NCBI GenBank assembly: GCA_039096225.1
Contig: JBBPEB010000029.1
Location: forward strand, 926,928 to 990,927
Direction of reading: 5' to 3'
DNA: 64,000 nucleotides
Origin: Blastocystis sp. Blastoise
Lineage: Eukaryota; Protista; Bigyra: Opalinata
Shown: positions 19,102 through 30,500 of the stretch, in pieces
Layout of the letters: every line of letters starts with the position of its first letter
Numbering within the stretch: position 1 is the stretch's first letter
Notes under the pieces: generated by a model
What the model saw: only the letters and a program-made list of their open reading frames with translations
Database searches by the model: none
Told to the model about the DNA's origin: nothing
Translations under genes and position numbers: made by a program

Positions 19102-19540
19102 CAGCCCCTTCCCTGTCACTGGACGAAATTGCCACGTGGCAATTGTCACAAAATTTTCTGACAAAAAAGTGACGATTGCTTATAACTTTTTTGGTTTTCA
19201 TTTTAAAAATATAAAAAAAATATTTTCAAACTCAGCTCATCAAGACACGTCGATTTACACACTTTTCATGAAAAAAGGACCGGGTGACATAAAAAAGACA
19301 ATTCATTCATTGACTATTTTATTATGACATGACAGTTTTTGGCTCAAAACATAATATTTTGGTATAGAATGTATAATTATTTTTAAATAAGTCAAATAAA
19401 ATGTTTTTTGTGACACATGTTGTGACAGATACATGACTGAAAAGGTTATAACTCATTAAATAGCAACAAGCATGAGTTTAATATGTGACTATTTGTGTTA
19501 AGTTGGGTGACAAATAAAAATTATTTTGTGACAAAAGTCA
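19102..19540. repeat. Left TIR and subterminal motif cluster of the hAT element
   Basis: TIR at 19102-19136, perfect 18-bp palindrome AATTGCCACGTGGCAATT at 19127-19144, and about 8 TGTCAC/GTGACA-type motifs up to ~19535. Confidence 0.85.
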
Positions 19541-20023
19541 ATTGCTAAATATATTTTGTTGTAGGTTATGTTAAAGAGTTTTATTTATGTTTATAATGAA
19601 TAATATTGTCAATAAACTCTAAAATAATATTATAAAAAATAATAATGTAATTAAAAAGTTTTTATTTTTGTTAAATATCATGAAGAAGTCTTGTAGGGAC
19701 TCTACAGATATACCCTGACTAGTAATAAAAATTAAATAAACAAAAAACATATTAAAATAATTTTTTTCAAAAACCAAACAAAAAACAACAATATGAACAA
19801 AAGTTGGATTTGAAAAAACAATACCTCCAACAAAATGATTTTTAATAGTCTTATAAAATGGTTTTAAAATGTATTTTATATGAAGAATAAGTCACATAAC
19901 ACAGTTATAATATTTATATTATAAAATATATTGTTTTTATGTTAAAAAGAGAAAAATAAAAAAACGATTAGTAGTCACTTGTTTTATAATTATTGTATCA
20001 CTAAATGGCAAATTAAATAAAGG

Positions 20024-20095
20024 AGTTATTTGGTCGAATGGTTAGTGCTTATAAAATTTTTACATGGTCGACGGATCGATGCTTACAAGGAACTA
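20024..20095 (+). pseudogene. Degenerate tRNA-derived sequence (A box, B box, T-run)
   Basis: TGGTCGAATGGTTA (A-box-like) and GGATCGATGC (B-box-like), weak acceptor pairing AGTTATTT/AAGGAACT, followed by T7. Arms pair poorly. Confidence 0.5.
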
Positions 20096-20989
20096 TTTTT
20101 TTAAACTTTTTTTAGAACTGCTATTTACTAATGATTTAATTTAAAAACAGCTTTGTTTCATTTTTATTATTTTTAACTAATTATTTATGTCATTGATGTG
20201 TGCTTTTTAGTTTAGAATCAACACATCAATAGACAATTTCTTTTCAAAAATTAGTAAATTTTATTTTAAAGCGATTCTAAATATTTGTGGAATGCTATAA
20301 GCGTAATAAAAGGCCATAAATATTAAAATTGAGGATTTCAACTATATTCAAGCCTATTATGTACATCATTACTATTATAAAGCAAATAGGCAAAAAAATT
20401 CCCATTGGTCAGTTTTTGGAAAATGTATTTGATTGGCTAAGGTATACTATAGTTTGTACCCACAACTCCTCTAAACTTACGGGAAGTTAACTTTTGGTTG
20501 AAACACAGTTCAATAGGATATAACATGTAGTTGTGCACCGTATATTTGGTTAAGCGATATTGTTTATAATTAAAAAGTTATTAATAAAAGAACAGAAAAC
20601 ATGATTTTTGAGTCGTTTTTGATTGGCTCTTTGGGATGACCCCTATAAAAATTGTTGACCAGACAATTGAAAAATAAACATGGGGTAAACTTGATTTTTT
20701 CTCAATCCCACAATATACGTTATCCGTGTTTATTCTTTATATTTATCTATTTTTTAATACTTTTTCATATTGAACACGTGAGGCCTTAACGGTCAAATTT
20801 AGATTGTCAATTTGACATGATATTCTGATTCAGGAGGTCAAAAAACCTAGGTGTAGCGATTTTGAGCTCCTGAGGACGATTTTTGAGTGATCGATATTTT
20901 CATCGATCTTCTTATAATCAACTAATATTGTAGAATTGTAATCAATAGGTCATTAAACTACTATAGTAGAAACAGAGTCTTAAAATAAC

Positions 20990-21980
20990 AAGTTTGAGTG
21001 TCACAATTTTGAAAAATGTGAATTAAGTGGTCTTAGAGTAAGAGATTCAATAGAATGACTTTTATTTAGTAAACTAGACTTATAACTCTATACTATGTTA
21101 AAAGAAGATTAAAAATTATGAAGGTCAAAGTGTATGACCAAATGACAAAATGTGTCTTAAAAAGTAAAATGGCTTCTATATGTGTTTAGAATCATATATT
21201 AAGTCTATTCTATGAATAAGAGCTTTAAATAAATAGTTTAAGGTTGTCAAATTTAAAAGAATGTGTAAAACATAGTCTTAAACTATGAATAAAAAATTTA
21301 GAGATATTAATTAGTGTACAGCTGTAGTAGCTCTACAACATATCAAAAGTACAGTTAAAATAATTTTTAGAGAGTGGATGTGTGAAGGGTTGTGACTATT
21401 ATTTAAAATTTATTTTTACTTCAGTTTGAGCAAAATCGTGAATTTCGTGCACTGTAGAAAAATTGAGTCAAAAAAACAACTCTAAGGGTCTTAAATTTAA
21501 AAAAATGTAAAAACGAGTGACTTAGAGGACGAGATTCAATATTTGAGTGTTTATTCATTAAACTAGATTGTATGACCTATATTATGTCAAAAGGAGGGAC
21601 GAAAATATGTTGATCAAAGTGTATGACCAAATGGTAAAGTGTCTTTAAAAGTGTTATGGTGATGCCAGTTGTGTTTAAGGAGTAAATCAAGTTTACTCTT
21701 AAAATATCAGCTTTAAATAACCAGTTAAAGGTTGTCTATTTATCAAAATGTTTTAAAGACTGTCTTAAACAAAGGGATTCAAGAAGTTGACTTTTATTTT
21801 ATACATAACATGTATATATAAACACTTTACTAAAAGAACTTTGGAAAATATTGTGGATGAGTGTTTTGTCAAATGGCAAAGTTGTATCTAGAGTTGATTG
21901 TTTCCATTCATTTTTGTTTAAATCAATGTTTTATGTCTACTCTATAAGAATAACCTTTTAATACTGAGTTTAACGTTTAA
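20990..21980. repeat. Diverged ~244-bp tandem array A (about 4 units)
   Basis: Unit starts of the form '(aag)gttgtc.aattt..aaaatgt....gtctta....agagattcaa' at about 20996, 21240, 21485 and 21729. AAAGTGTATGACCAAATG occurs in alternate units (~21127, ~21616). Confidence 0.75.
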
Positions 21981-22306
21981 AAGTCAACATGTGTGTTTGG
22001 TTTGTTTACTTTTAATTATTAAAATTGAGTTTAAATTGATAAATTATGTCAGACACGTCTATATTGATTGATTCAAACAGTTTTGAGATGACTTAGTTGC
22101 TCGAGTTAAAATGGATTTTGTTCTCATTCTGACTGTTGTTGAGAAGAGGAAGTCTAAAAAAAACTATAAAAAGTTAGATATATGTATGCAATGTCAAAAT
22201 TGAAAAGTATAAAGTAAAATGGATTAAAATGAATTTAAAAAAGAGAATATATATATATAATAATAATATGTAAAAAAAAATATTAAAAAACAGGAGAAAA
22301 ATAACA

Positions 22307-22373
22307 CTTCATGTCAGGAATTGAACCTGAAAACAATCTATAATGATTGCTTCTCTCCTTCTAGAGCATAAAG
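22307..22373 (-). ncRNA. Compact tRNA-like cloverleaf, copy 1
   Basis: Minus strand reads CTTTATG-CTCT agaagg AGAG-aa-GCAATC attata GATTGT-tt-TCAGG ttcaatt CCTGA-CATGAAG, followed by TGTTATTTTT. Transcription is not demonstrated. Confidence 0.65.
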
Positions 22374-22398
22374 GGAGTTTATAAATAATAATAATAAT

Positions 22399-22401
<3 letters not shown>

Positions 22402-22462
<61 letters not shown>
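22402..22462. repeat. (AT)n microsatellite
   Basis: Direct read. Confidence 0.95.
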
Positions 22463-22472
<10 letters not shown>

Positions 22473-22475
22473 ATA

Positions 22476-23170
22476 GGAATGAAGGAAGTAGGAAGAAAGA
22501 AGTAGGAAGTAGGAAGAAAGAAGTAGGAAGTAGGAAGAAAGAAGAAGGAAGAGGAAGAAGAAAGAATGAAGAATGAGGAAGAATGAAGTAGGAAGGATGA
22601 GGAAGGATGAGGAAGAAGGAAGAATGAGGAAGGATGTAAAAGTAGGAATGATGAGGAAGAAGGAAGAATGAGGAAGAAGAAGGAAAAAACAAGGAAGAAT
22701 GATGAGGAAGAAAGAAGTATGAGGAAGTAGGAAGGATGAGGAAGAAGTAAGTATGAAGAATGACGGATGAGGAAGAAGGAAGAATGATGAGGAAGAAGGA
22801 AGAAGGAAGGATGGGAAAGAAGAAAGAAGGAAGCAGGAAGAAGGAAATGATGCATGATGAAGCAGGAAGAAGTAGGAAGAAGTAGGAAGAATGCCAGATG
22901 AGGAAGAAGGAAGTAGGAAGAATAAGGAAGACGGAAGAAGGATGAGAAAGAAGGATGAGAAAGAAGGAAGAAGTAAGTAGGATGAGGAAGAAGGAAGAAT
23001 AAGGAAGGAAGAATGACGGATGAGGAAGGAAGGAAGAAAGAAGTAGGAAGGATAAGAAAGACGGAAGAAGAAAGAAGGAAGAAAGAAGGAAGAAAGAAGT
23101 AGGAAGGATAAGGAAGAAGTAAGAAGTAAAATGAAGAAGAAAGAAGGAAGAAAGAAGAAAAAAGAACAAG
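22476..23170. repeat. ~700-bp polypurine tract (AGGAAG/GAAGAA/GATGAG-based)
   Basis: The plus strand is almost entirely A/G. This explains the Phe/Leu/Ser-rich ORFs on the minus strand. Confidence 0.9.
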
Positions 23171-23850
23171 AAGACTATAAAACCTATATATAATAGAAAA
23201 CCTATAAAAATAAATAAATAATAAATAAATAATAAATAAATAAATATAATAAATAAATAAATAAATAAATATAATAAATAAATAAATATAATAAATAAAT
23301 ATAATAAATATAATAAATAAATAAATAAATATAATAAATAAATAAATAAAAAACATAAATAAATAAAATAAAAAACATAAATAATAAATAATAAAAATGA
23401 AAATAATAAATAAAATATAAATATATACCTAATAGATTAATCTGAAACCACAGACTAAAGAAGAATGACATGAAAAAACGAAGACGACAACACATCAACA
23501 ACATTTTCTTTCCTATAGAATAAAAATAATTAAAAACTATTTAATAAATGATATAAAAAGACAAAATAAATAATATAGATAACAAAAATATAAAATAAAA
23601 CAAAGTAATGAGAGAATTAAAAAACAAATACTATAAAAATAAATATATATTATATACCTGACACAAAGTAATCCAATTCACATAGCCGTGACCACTTCAA
23701 GAACTCTTTACTACAACAACCAAGACAAATACAAGAGAATCCTATAAAAAAGTGTATTATTTTGAATAAATAAATAACTATATAGATAGATAGATATAAT
23801 GCAATATAAAACAATATCAAATAAATAAATAAAACATACTCAGTCAATCA
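23170..23850 (-). other. Spliced unit with two 84-nt phase-1 exons running into the pyrimidine tract; function unknown
   Basis: Exons 23658-23741 (GFSCICLGCCSKEFLKWSRLCELDYFVSG) and 23429-23512 (GKKMLLMCCRLRFFMSFFFSLWFQINLLG), each flanked by TAG and GTATAT. A further acceptor lies at ~23183-23202. Confidence 0.5.
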
Positions 23851-24099
23851 ATATAATCAAATATATAAAAAATGTAAAAAACTATGTTTTTTGGGTACCC
23901 AAAATAATTTTAAATATAAATGACCCATTTATTACTTTTGTAAATAAATCAATGAAAACTCAAGGGTTCTTATGATTTCTATTAAGTTTTAAGAAGCATA
24001 TTTTAAAAAAAGACCCTTTTCTTTAAAAGTGGAAATATAAACACAATTTTATATTAAGAGAGAATACTTATTTTTTATAATTAAATTGATATCTAAGAT

Positions 24100-25290
24100 G
24101 CCTCAGAAGGCATGATGCTATCAAGATTGAAGTGTGTAGATGGAAAAATATACTTTTTTTCAAAAATTTCAGGTTCTTCTACTCAATAGGATCCAGTTGT
24201 GTATGTTCTTAGTCTTGGTGTTACTTGCTCTGATGGTCTTAAAGGTATATATTTTCGATTTCTTTTTTTTTAATTATTTATTATATTGTTTTAGGTTCTT
24301 CTATGTTATTTGTATCATACGGAGGCTGTGGTGTTGCCTGTTATGCTAACTGTGAAGGTATGTTGTCAATGATTTGTTTTTATTTTTTTATTTTTTCTTA
24401 TATATAGGTTCTTCTGTTGTTTTAAATGATGGTAATGGTTCTAATGATGCAGATGTAGGTTCTTCTTGCTTTATAGATGGTATGTTACCAATCATTTGTT
24501 TTTTTTTTTTATATTTTATTATTATTTTTTTATTATTTCTCTCTATATATAGGTTCTTCTGATGCTTTCAATACTGCTGTTGATGTTATTGGTGATCAGA
24601 CAGACTGCTCCTATGGTATTAAAGGTATATATATATTGTCATTCATTTATTATTATTTTTTATTGATTTATTATTTGTCTATTACTGTTTCTTTATAGGT
24701 TCTTTTATTGATGTGGGTATGGTTGTTGAAGATGATAATAATTAAGGTATGCTATTTTTAAATTTAATTTAGTTTATTATTGTTTTTTATTTATATATAG
24801 GTCCTTCTATTCTTATGGAGTCTTCTATTATAGGTAATGATACAGGTATATTCTTATTTCTTCCTTTCTTTTTTTTTAATTTATTAATTATCTTATCATT
24901 ATATATAGGTTCTTCAAGTCAGTTAAGATATCATGGTTATTCTTCTGTTCCTTCTTTAGAAGGTATATATATTTTTATTGTTTATATATTTTTTATTATT
25001 ATATTATATATAGGTGTCTTTTCTAATAGGGGATCTTATCACCCTAATGTTAGCTTTCATTTTAATAATAAAAATGTATCTAAAGGTATATATATATATA
25101 TATAACAAATATTTATAATATTTCTTTTAATATATCTATATCTTATATCTATATAGTGATGGTGTGAATAGTTTTTAATACTGAAGGTATATATATATAT
25201 GTTAGATATATTTATTATACTATCTCTTATTATATATATATATCTTTTATCTATATAGGTTCTCTTAGTGTTATGGTTATGTTTAGATTT
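24100..25290 (+). pseudogene. Array of at least 9 symmetric phase-1 micro-exons, mostly starting G-S-S; three exons carry in-frame stops
   Basis: Exons at 24173-24244, 24295-24357, 24408-24479, 24553-24624, 24699-24746, 24801-24845, 24909-24962, 25014-25085 and 25157-25186 (72, 63, 72, 72, 48, 45, 54, 72, 30 nt), all bounded by AG and G|GTAT. Stops: TAG at 24187, TAA at 24743, TGA in the 30-nt exon. Confidence 0.65.
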
Positions 25291-25689
25291 TTTTTTTTCT
25301 TTTGCTTATTATTATTATTATTTTTCACATTTAATAGCTTTCTATTATCTGCTTTCTTTATATTATTTATTTATTTATGCTGTTGTTATCGTTTTAGCTA
25401 CTCTATATTTAAATGTTTTCTTTTGTTCTATTTTTGTTTTGTTCTTTTTCTTTTTTTTTATTTAAATTGTGTCGACTATTAAGATAATTCTTCAATTACT
25501 TAATATATTAAATAGTGTCAAGTTTTTAAATGTTTGGATTCAATTTAATTTAAAATATCTATTGTCCACTTTTAACTTTATTTAGTATAACTGATTTAAT
25601 ACTGTCAATGATTGAGATATTTAAGTTTTGTTTTTCTCCACTAATTCATCTTGCATATACATATTATTGAGTAAATACAAAATCATAAA

Positions 25690-26430
25690 AGTAAGTTTAA
25701 GGTTTTAAAATTTAAAAAATTGTAAAAAAGGTTCTTAAACTAAGAGATTCGAAATTCTAAAAATGATTTAATATACACTAAGCTAAATTCTACAACATAC
25801 TAAAAATTAAGAGAATTTCATTTTTGAAAAGTTAATTAACAATGTGTTTGAGTTGTCTAGAAATTTTAAAGAGTTAGCTTCTTTGTTTAAAATTGTGTTT
25901 TTATTATACTATGAAAATTTTGACTTTTAAAAACAAGTTTAAAGGGGTTTATTTTTTTAAATGTAGAAATAAGTTACTCAACGGACGAGATTCAATATAA
26001 AACATTTTATTTGTCAAACTATGATTTATAGTCTAAATTATATTAAAAGAAGTGACAAAAATACTCTTGAAAAAGTGTATGACCAAATGTAAAATATTTA
26101 TAAAGGGTGTTAAAATGGTAACTAATGTATTGATAGAGTTATGTTGAGTATAGTGTTTAAATATTAGAGTTTTAAATTAACTATAAGTGTGTCAATTTTT
26201 CAAAATGTATTAAAAAGCGTCATGAGGTCAGAGATTCAAGACATTAAACTATAATTAATAAATAATACAATGAGATCTATACTGTGTGAAAGTTATGTCT
26301 AAAACGATTTTGATACAGTGGATATCGAAATGGTAAAGTCTCTCTAAAAGCGATATTGTTGATACTTTAAGTATAAAAATTCTATTTAGATTGATTTCAT
26401 TAATATTAATTCTAAAGCTATGTGTTTAAG
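25690..26430. repeat. Diverged ~244-bp tandem array B (about 3 units), same family as array A
   Basis: Unit starts at about 25699, 25942 and 26186. Shares GGACGAGATTCAATA and AAAGTGTATGACCAAATG (~26072) with array A. Confidence 0.75.
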
Positions 26431-26757
26431 TCGTTAATGTGAAAATAAATGTTGATATTGTTGTGTTAAATTTGTTTTAGTTTTATGAAATGGTTAAAAA
26501 TAGTTTAAACTACTTTATTCTAATCTATTTAAATTAATTTAATAAAATAAAAATATTTTTCAATACTTCACATTGTGACCCATTTCGAGATTTATTAGCT
26601 TTAGAAATTCCATAATGATTAAAAAAGTAACTAAACTATTTATAAATACAAAATATATTTAAAAAATAATAAATAACAAATATAATGAATCAAACAAGAA
26701 TTTATATATTTTTTTTTGTTTTTAGTTTTTCAGATATTATTTAAATAATCTATTTAG

Positions 26758-26827
26758 TTCTTATATCAGGAATTGAACCTGATTACAATCAATAAATGAT
26801 TGCTACTCTCCATATAGAGTATAAGAA
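26758..26827 (-). ncRNA. Compact tRNA-like cloverleaf, copy 2
   Basis: Minus strand reads TTCTTATA-CTCT atatgg AGAG-ta-GCAATCA tttat TGATTGT-aa-TCAGG ttcaatt CCTGA-TATAAGAA. Confidence 0.65.
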
Positions 26828-26995
26828 GTGTTATTAAAATAATATATATAATATATAATATATAATATATAATAAGTAACATATTATAGATAATATTTAA
26901 TAAATAATATATATTATATAATATATAATATATAATATATAATAGATAAAAAGGAAAGAAAGTAAATAAAAACCAAACAGTTATTATTCATTGCA

Positions 26996-27042
26996 GCCGC
27001 GGTCCGGTGCCGTTAGGCCCCGGACCTGCGGCGTGACCCTAG
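26996..27042 (+). mobile_element. Helitron-type 3' terminus (GC-rich hairpin followed by CTAG|T)
   Basis: Hairpin GCCGC-GGTCCGG-t-GCC gtta GGC-c-CCGGACC-t-GCGGC at 26996-27032, a 6-nt spacer, CTAG at 27039-27042, then T. The 5' TC end was not located. Confidence 0.65.
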
Positions 27043-27067
27043 TTTTAGTAAGAAATAAAATTGAGAA

Positions 27068-27140
27068 AATAGTTGGTATAGTTGACCAGCGGTGCAACTA
27101 TTGAATTGGGTGTCGCTGGATCGAATCTCATGTAGGGCAT
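27068..27140 (+). pseudogene. Degenerate tRNA-derived sequence upstream of the transposase
   Basis: TAGTTGGTATAG (D-loop-like), GTCGCTGGATCGAATC (variable loop and B-box-like), then T-runs. Also an 8-bp stem AATAGTTG/CAACTATT. Confidence 0.4.
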
Positions 27141-27580
27141 TTTTATTTTTACAGTCATTTTTATTGATTTTAATATTTACGTTTTTTAAATTTTATATTT
27201 GACTTTCTAGACATAAAAGTATGTTAGACAGATGAGCCAATATGTATTCATTTAATTATTAAAATAAGGGACGATTCTAAAATTTTGAAGTTAATTGCCA
27301 TTCATCGCTCATCCATTACCTTCAAAAAAATGAAAGTATCACCAATCGATAGAGCGCATGTTTTACACCCTAGCTGGACAAATGAGACCTATTAAAGAGG
27401 AATTAAGCAGTTCAAACGCCGTTTTAAAACAAAAAACGGTCATTGAAATAAGATTGTTTTAATTTTTTTAAAAGTTTTTTTACACTTTTATTTTTTCAGT
27501 AAAAATATAAATATTACCGTGAATTTTAAAAGTTATTTTAATATATTTTTTTTATATATATTTATTTCTCCATTATAAAA

Positions 27581-30500
27581 ATGATATCAGCGTCATTTAT
27601 TATATTTTCATTACCGATATATGTTAGACTATATATTGGTCAAACAAAAGAGGAATATTATGAAGATACAAATGGTAAGTATTCAATAGATGATCTTATT
27701 CCTCATTTTAAGGTATGTTTATTATTCTTTATTCTTTATTATTATATAGAATGGAAGATCAATGAAATGTAAAGAATATAAGCATTTCATTGACTCTTTA
27801 AAAAATTCAAATTTTAATATTCCTTATGTGATAGAAGGTATGTACATATTATTCATTTATTATTATTTAGAAATTGAAAAGCAACAAGATTCCTTTGCTA
27901 CTAAAAAGAATAAACATTTTTCGGTAATATGTTCAGGTATATTTTTATAGTTTATATTTCAATATTATAGATAACTTGTCGCTTACTAATAGAATTGAAA
28001 AGACTATTACAGACTCTAATATGCTTCCAGTTGATGCTACTATTATTAAATGTAGTAATGATGGAATTATTAATGGTATATATAAATATATAAGTATATA
28101 TATATTTATATAGTATCAACTAAGCCAGAAAGGTCAATAATTGATAAATTTATTACTGGTAATGGTTATAGACTACATTATATGTATTGACATATAATAT
28201 TTTATAGATGGAAGTAATAATAGTGATCATTTGAATCCAGATATACAAAACAAAAATATTCAAAATAATGATATACTAAGTATTAATGGAATATCTACTG
28301 GTATATAATTTTTTTTAAATATATTTATGTATTTATATCATTATATTTGTATATAGTTAGTGATAAGTCAAAAGTAAAGCAGACAGATGAATTACAAAAA
28401 CAAACGTCAATTACATCATTCTTCAGTATGTTGCATTATTATATATGCTAATAGTATTAATTATTATTTATGAATAACTATCTTCTTATAGATAGTGATA
28501 TTGCTCAATCTACTTATCAAAAACATACAGCAAACTTATCATCAATAACAGTTCAAAAACTTTGTACTCTATCTCGATTTGTTTCAGATGGTTTCTCTTC
28601 TTTAGCATCATCCTCTCTTTCATTAGTAACAGATATAGATAAATTATATAGCCTTCTTCCAGAACAGTATCATTTTGAGCAGAATAATAGTATTGATTGT
28701 ATTCCTGTAACAAAATCTGTAAACAAATCATCAAATCAAAATACAATTTCATCAGGTATAGCTTCTTCTTCAGCTGCATTTAGTTATGATATATCGATAA
28801 TACAAGGAATAATAGATAATAATGGCATATTTTTAAAGATTATAAAAGACATTATTGAACAGAGTTATGATGCAAATATATGTATGAAAGATATTATACA
28901 AAGATGGAGATGTTACGTAGATATTCATTTACCTGAATTAATAAAACTTATTTCCTATATAACTGATGATCATCTCTTCCTTGATGTGGAAATGTGTAAA
29001 TGTCCAATCCTCAAAAGTCTACTGAAACATAATGATACCTATAATAAATTTATCATGTATAATACTGATAATCAAAAGTGGTATTGTGTATCTTGTTTGC
29101 TTTTTTCAAATGAGCCTAATCTTCTTGGAGAGATATATTCAGCATCTAATATTAATAATCATAAGAATTTGAAGTTTCATAAAGATTCGATGAAAAGCTT
29201 TAAGTCTTTATTGAATAACCTACAAAACAATCAATCACTTCTTATCACTAATAATCATTCTGTATCTACAAGTAATAAAAAAGTTTGGAAGTTTTTCTTA
29301 TTAAAAGTGTTCAACTGTATATGTTTATGTCTCTCGAGTATCCACTCGATATATGGAAATACTACTAAGATTTATTCTCCTCATTCTGGTATATTTTTGA
29401 AACTATTACTCCTTACAGCGAAGAATGATTCTTTATTTAAACAATTTATTGAAGAAAATAAAAATATATATCAATCGGTTAGATCTACACAGAAATGGAT
29501 AAGAATAATTTCAGATAATCTTTCATTAACACTTAGAAATAAGGTAGGAGATAGAATATATAGCATTACTACTGATGGAACTACATGCCAAAATATTGAA
29601 CAAATGATTATAACAATTAGATACTGCGACGATACGTTTGCTATACATCAATACTTCTTGAGCCTTATGGAAGAAACTTCTTCATCTGGAATTGAGCTTG
29701 CTAAAAGTATCAAATTCTGTTTAAAAAAAAAATGTTTAAATGTCAGTGATTTATGTTCAGTATCTTTTGATAATTGTATATCTAATACGAGTAGTACATA
29801 TGGAATTATTTCTGGTCTAGAGCTTCCTTCTGGAACCGTTTTAGGTTATGGATGTCGTGCACATCTTCTAAACTTAGCTTTGGTTGACTTGCAAAATAAT
29901 GTTGTTGACTCAACTAGGTATATTTCACTAATTAATGATATTGCAGTATCTTGGTCAAGGTGTTCCCGTCTACGAGTATTAATAAAAGGTAATAATTTTA
30001 ACTTGTATACTCTTCCTCAAGTATCTCAAACTAGATTCATAGCAAGATACTTCTCTATACTTCCATATATAGCTCATCCAAAACAAACTCTATGTAAGAT
30101 TTTCCTACTTTATTTCTATTCATACAATAAAAAAAGTGTTTGTTATAGCAATGCTGAGGCAATGCTTAAATCATTAGGTGAGATATCGTTTCATTTGTTT
30201 TTAGAATGCTGGTTTAGAATATTGTCTGTAGTGAATCATGCATCTTCTTTGCTACAATCTGAGTCACTTACTGTAAAGGATTCAGTGAAAATAATAATGG
30301 AATTATATGACAATATTTCGTGTCTATCATCTTCCAATAATATTAAAGAAATTTATTTAAATGCAATACAAAGACGCGAATACATTTATGGTCTTCTAAG
30401 TGATTTGGTTGATTGCTTTCAACAGAATAAGTATGATAATACTAGTGATATTTCTATTGGTAGAATATTAATTATTATGAAGAAATTTCCTGAATATTCT

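Noticed and set aside
22309-23356. 286-aa and 325-aa Phe/Leu/Ser-rich ORFs as membrane proteins
   Set aside because: Stop-free frames are expected from a polypyrimidine tract, and both frames run through microsatellites.
26758-26827. Cloverleaf 2 as an ochre (UUA anticodon) suppressor explaining in-frame TAA stops in the cargo and YR genes
   Set aside because: It needs a 7-nt loop ATTTATT with no purine at position 37, and the loop more likely closes to 5 nt. Loops differ among the three copies. The stops include TAG and TGA and occur alongside frameshifts, and housekeeping genes end normally in TAA.
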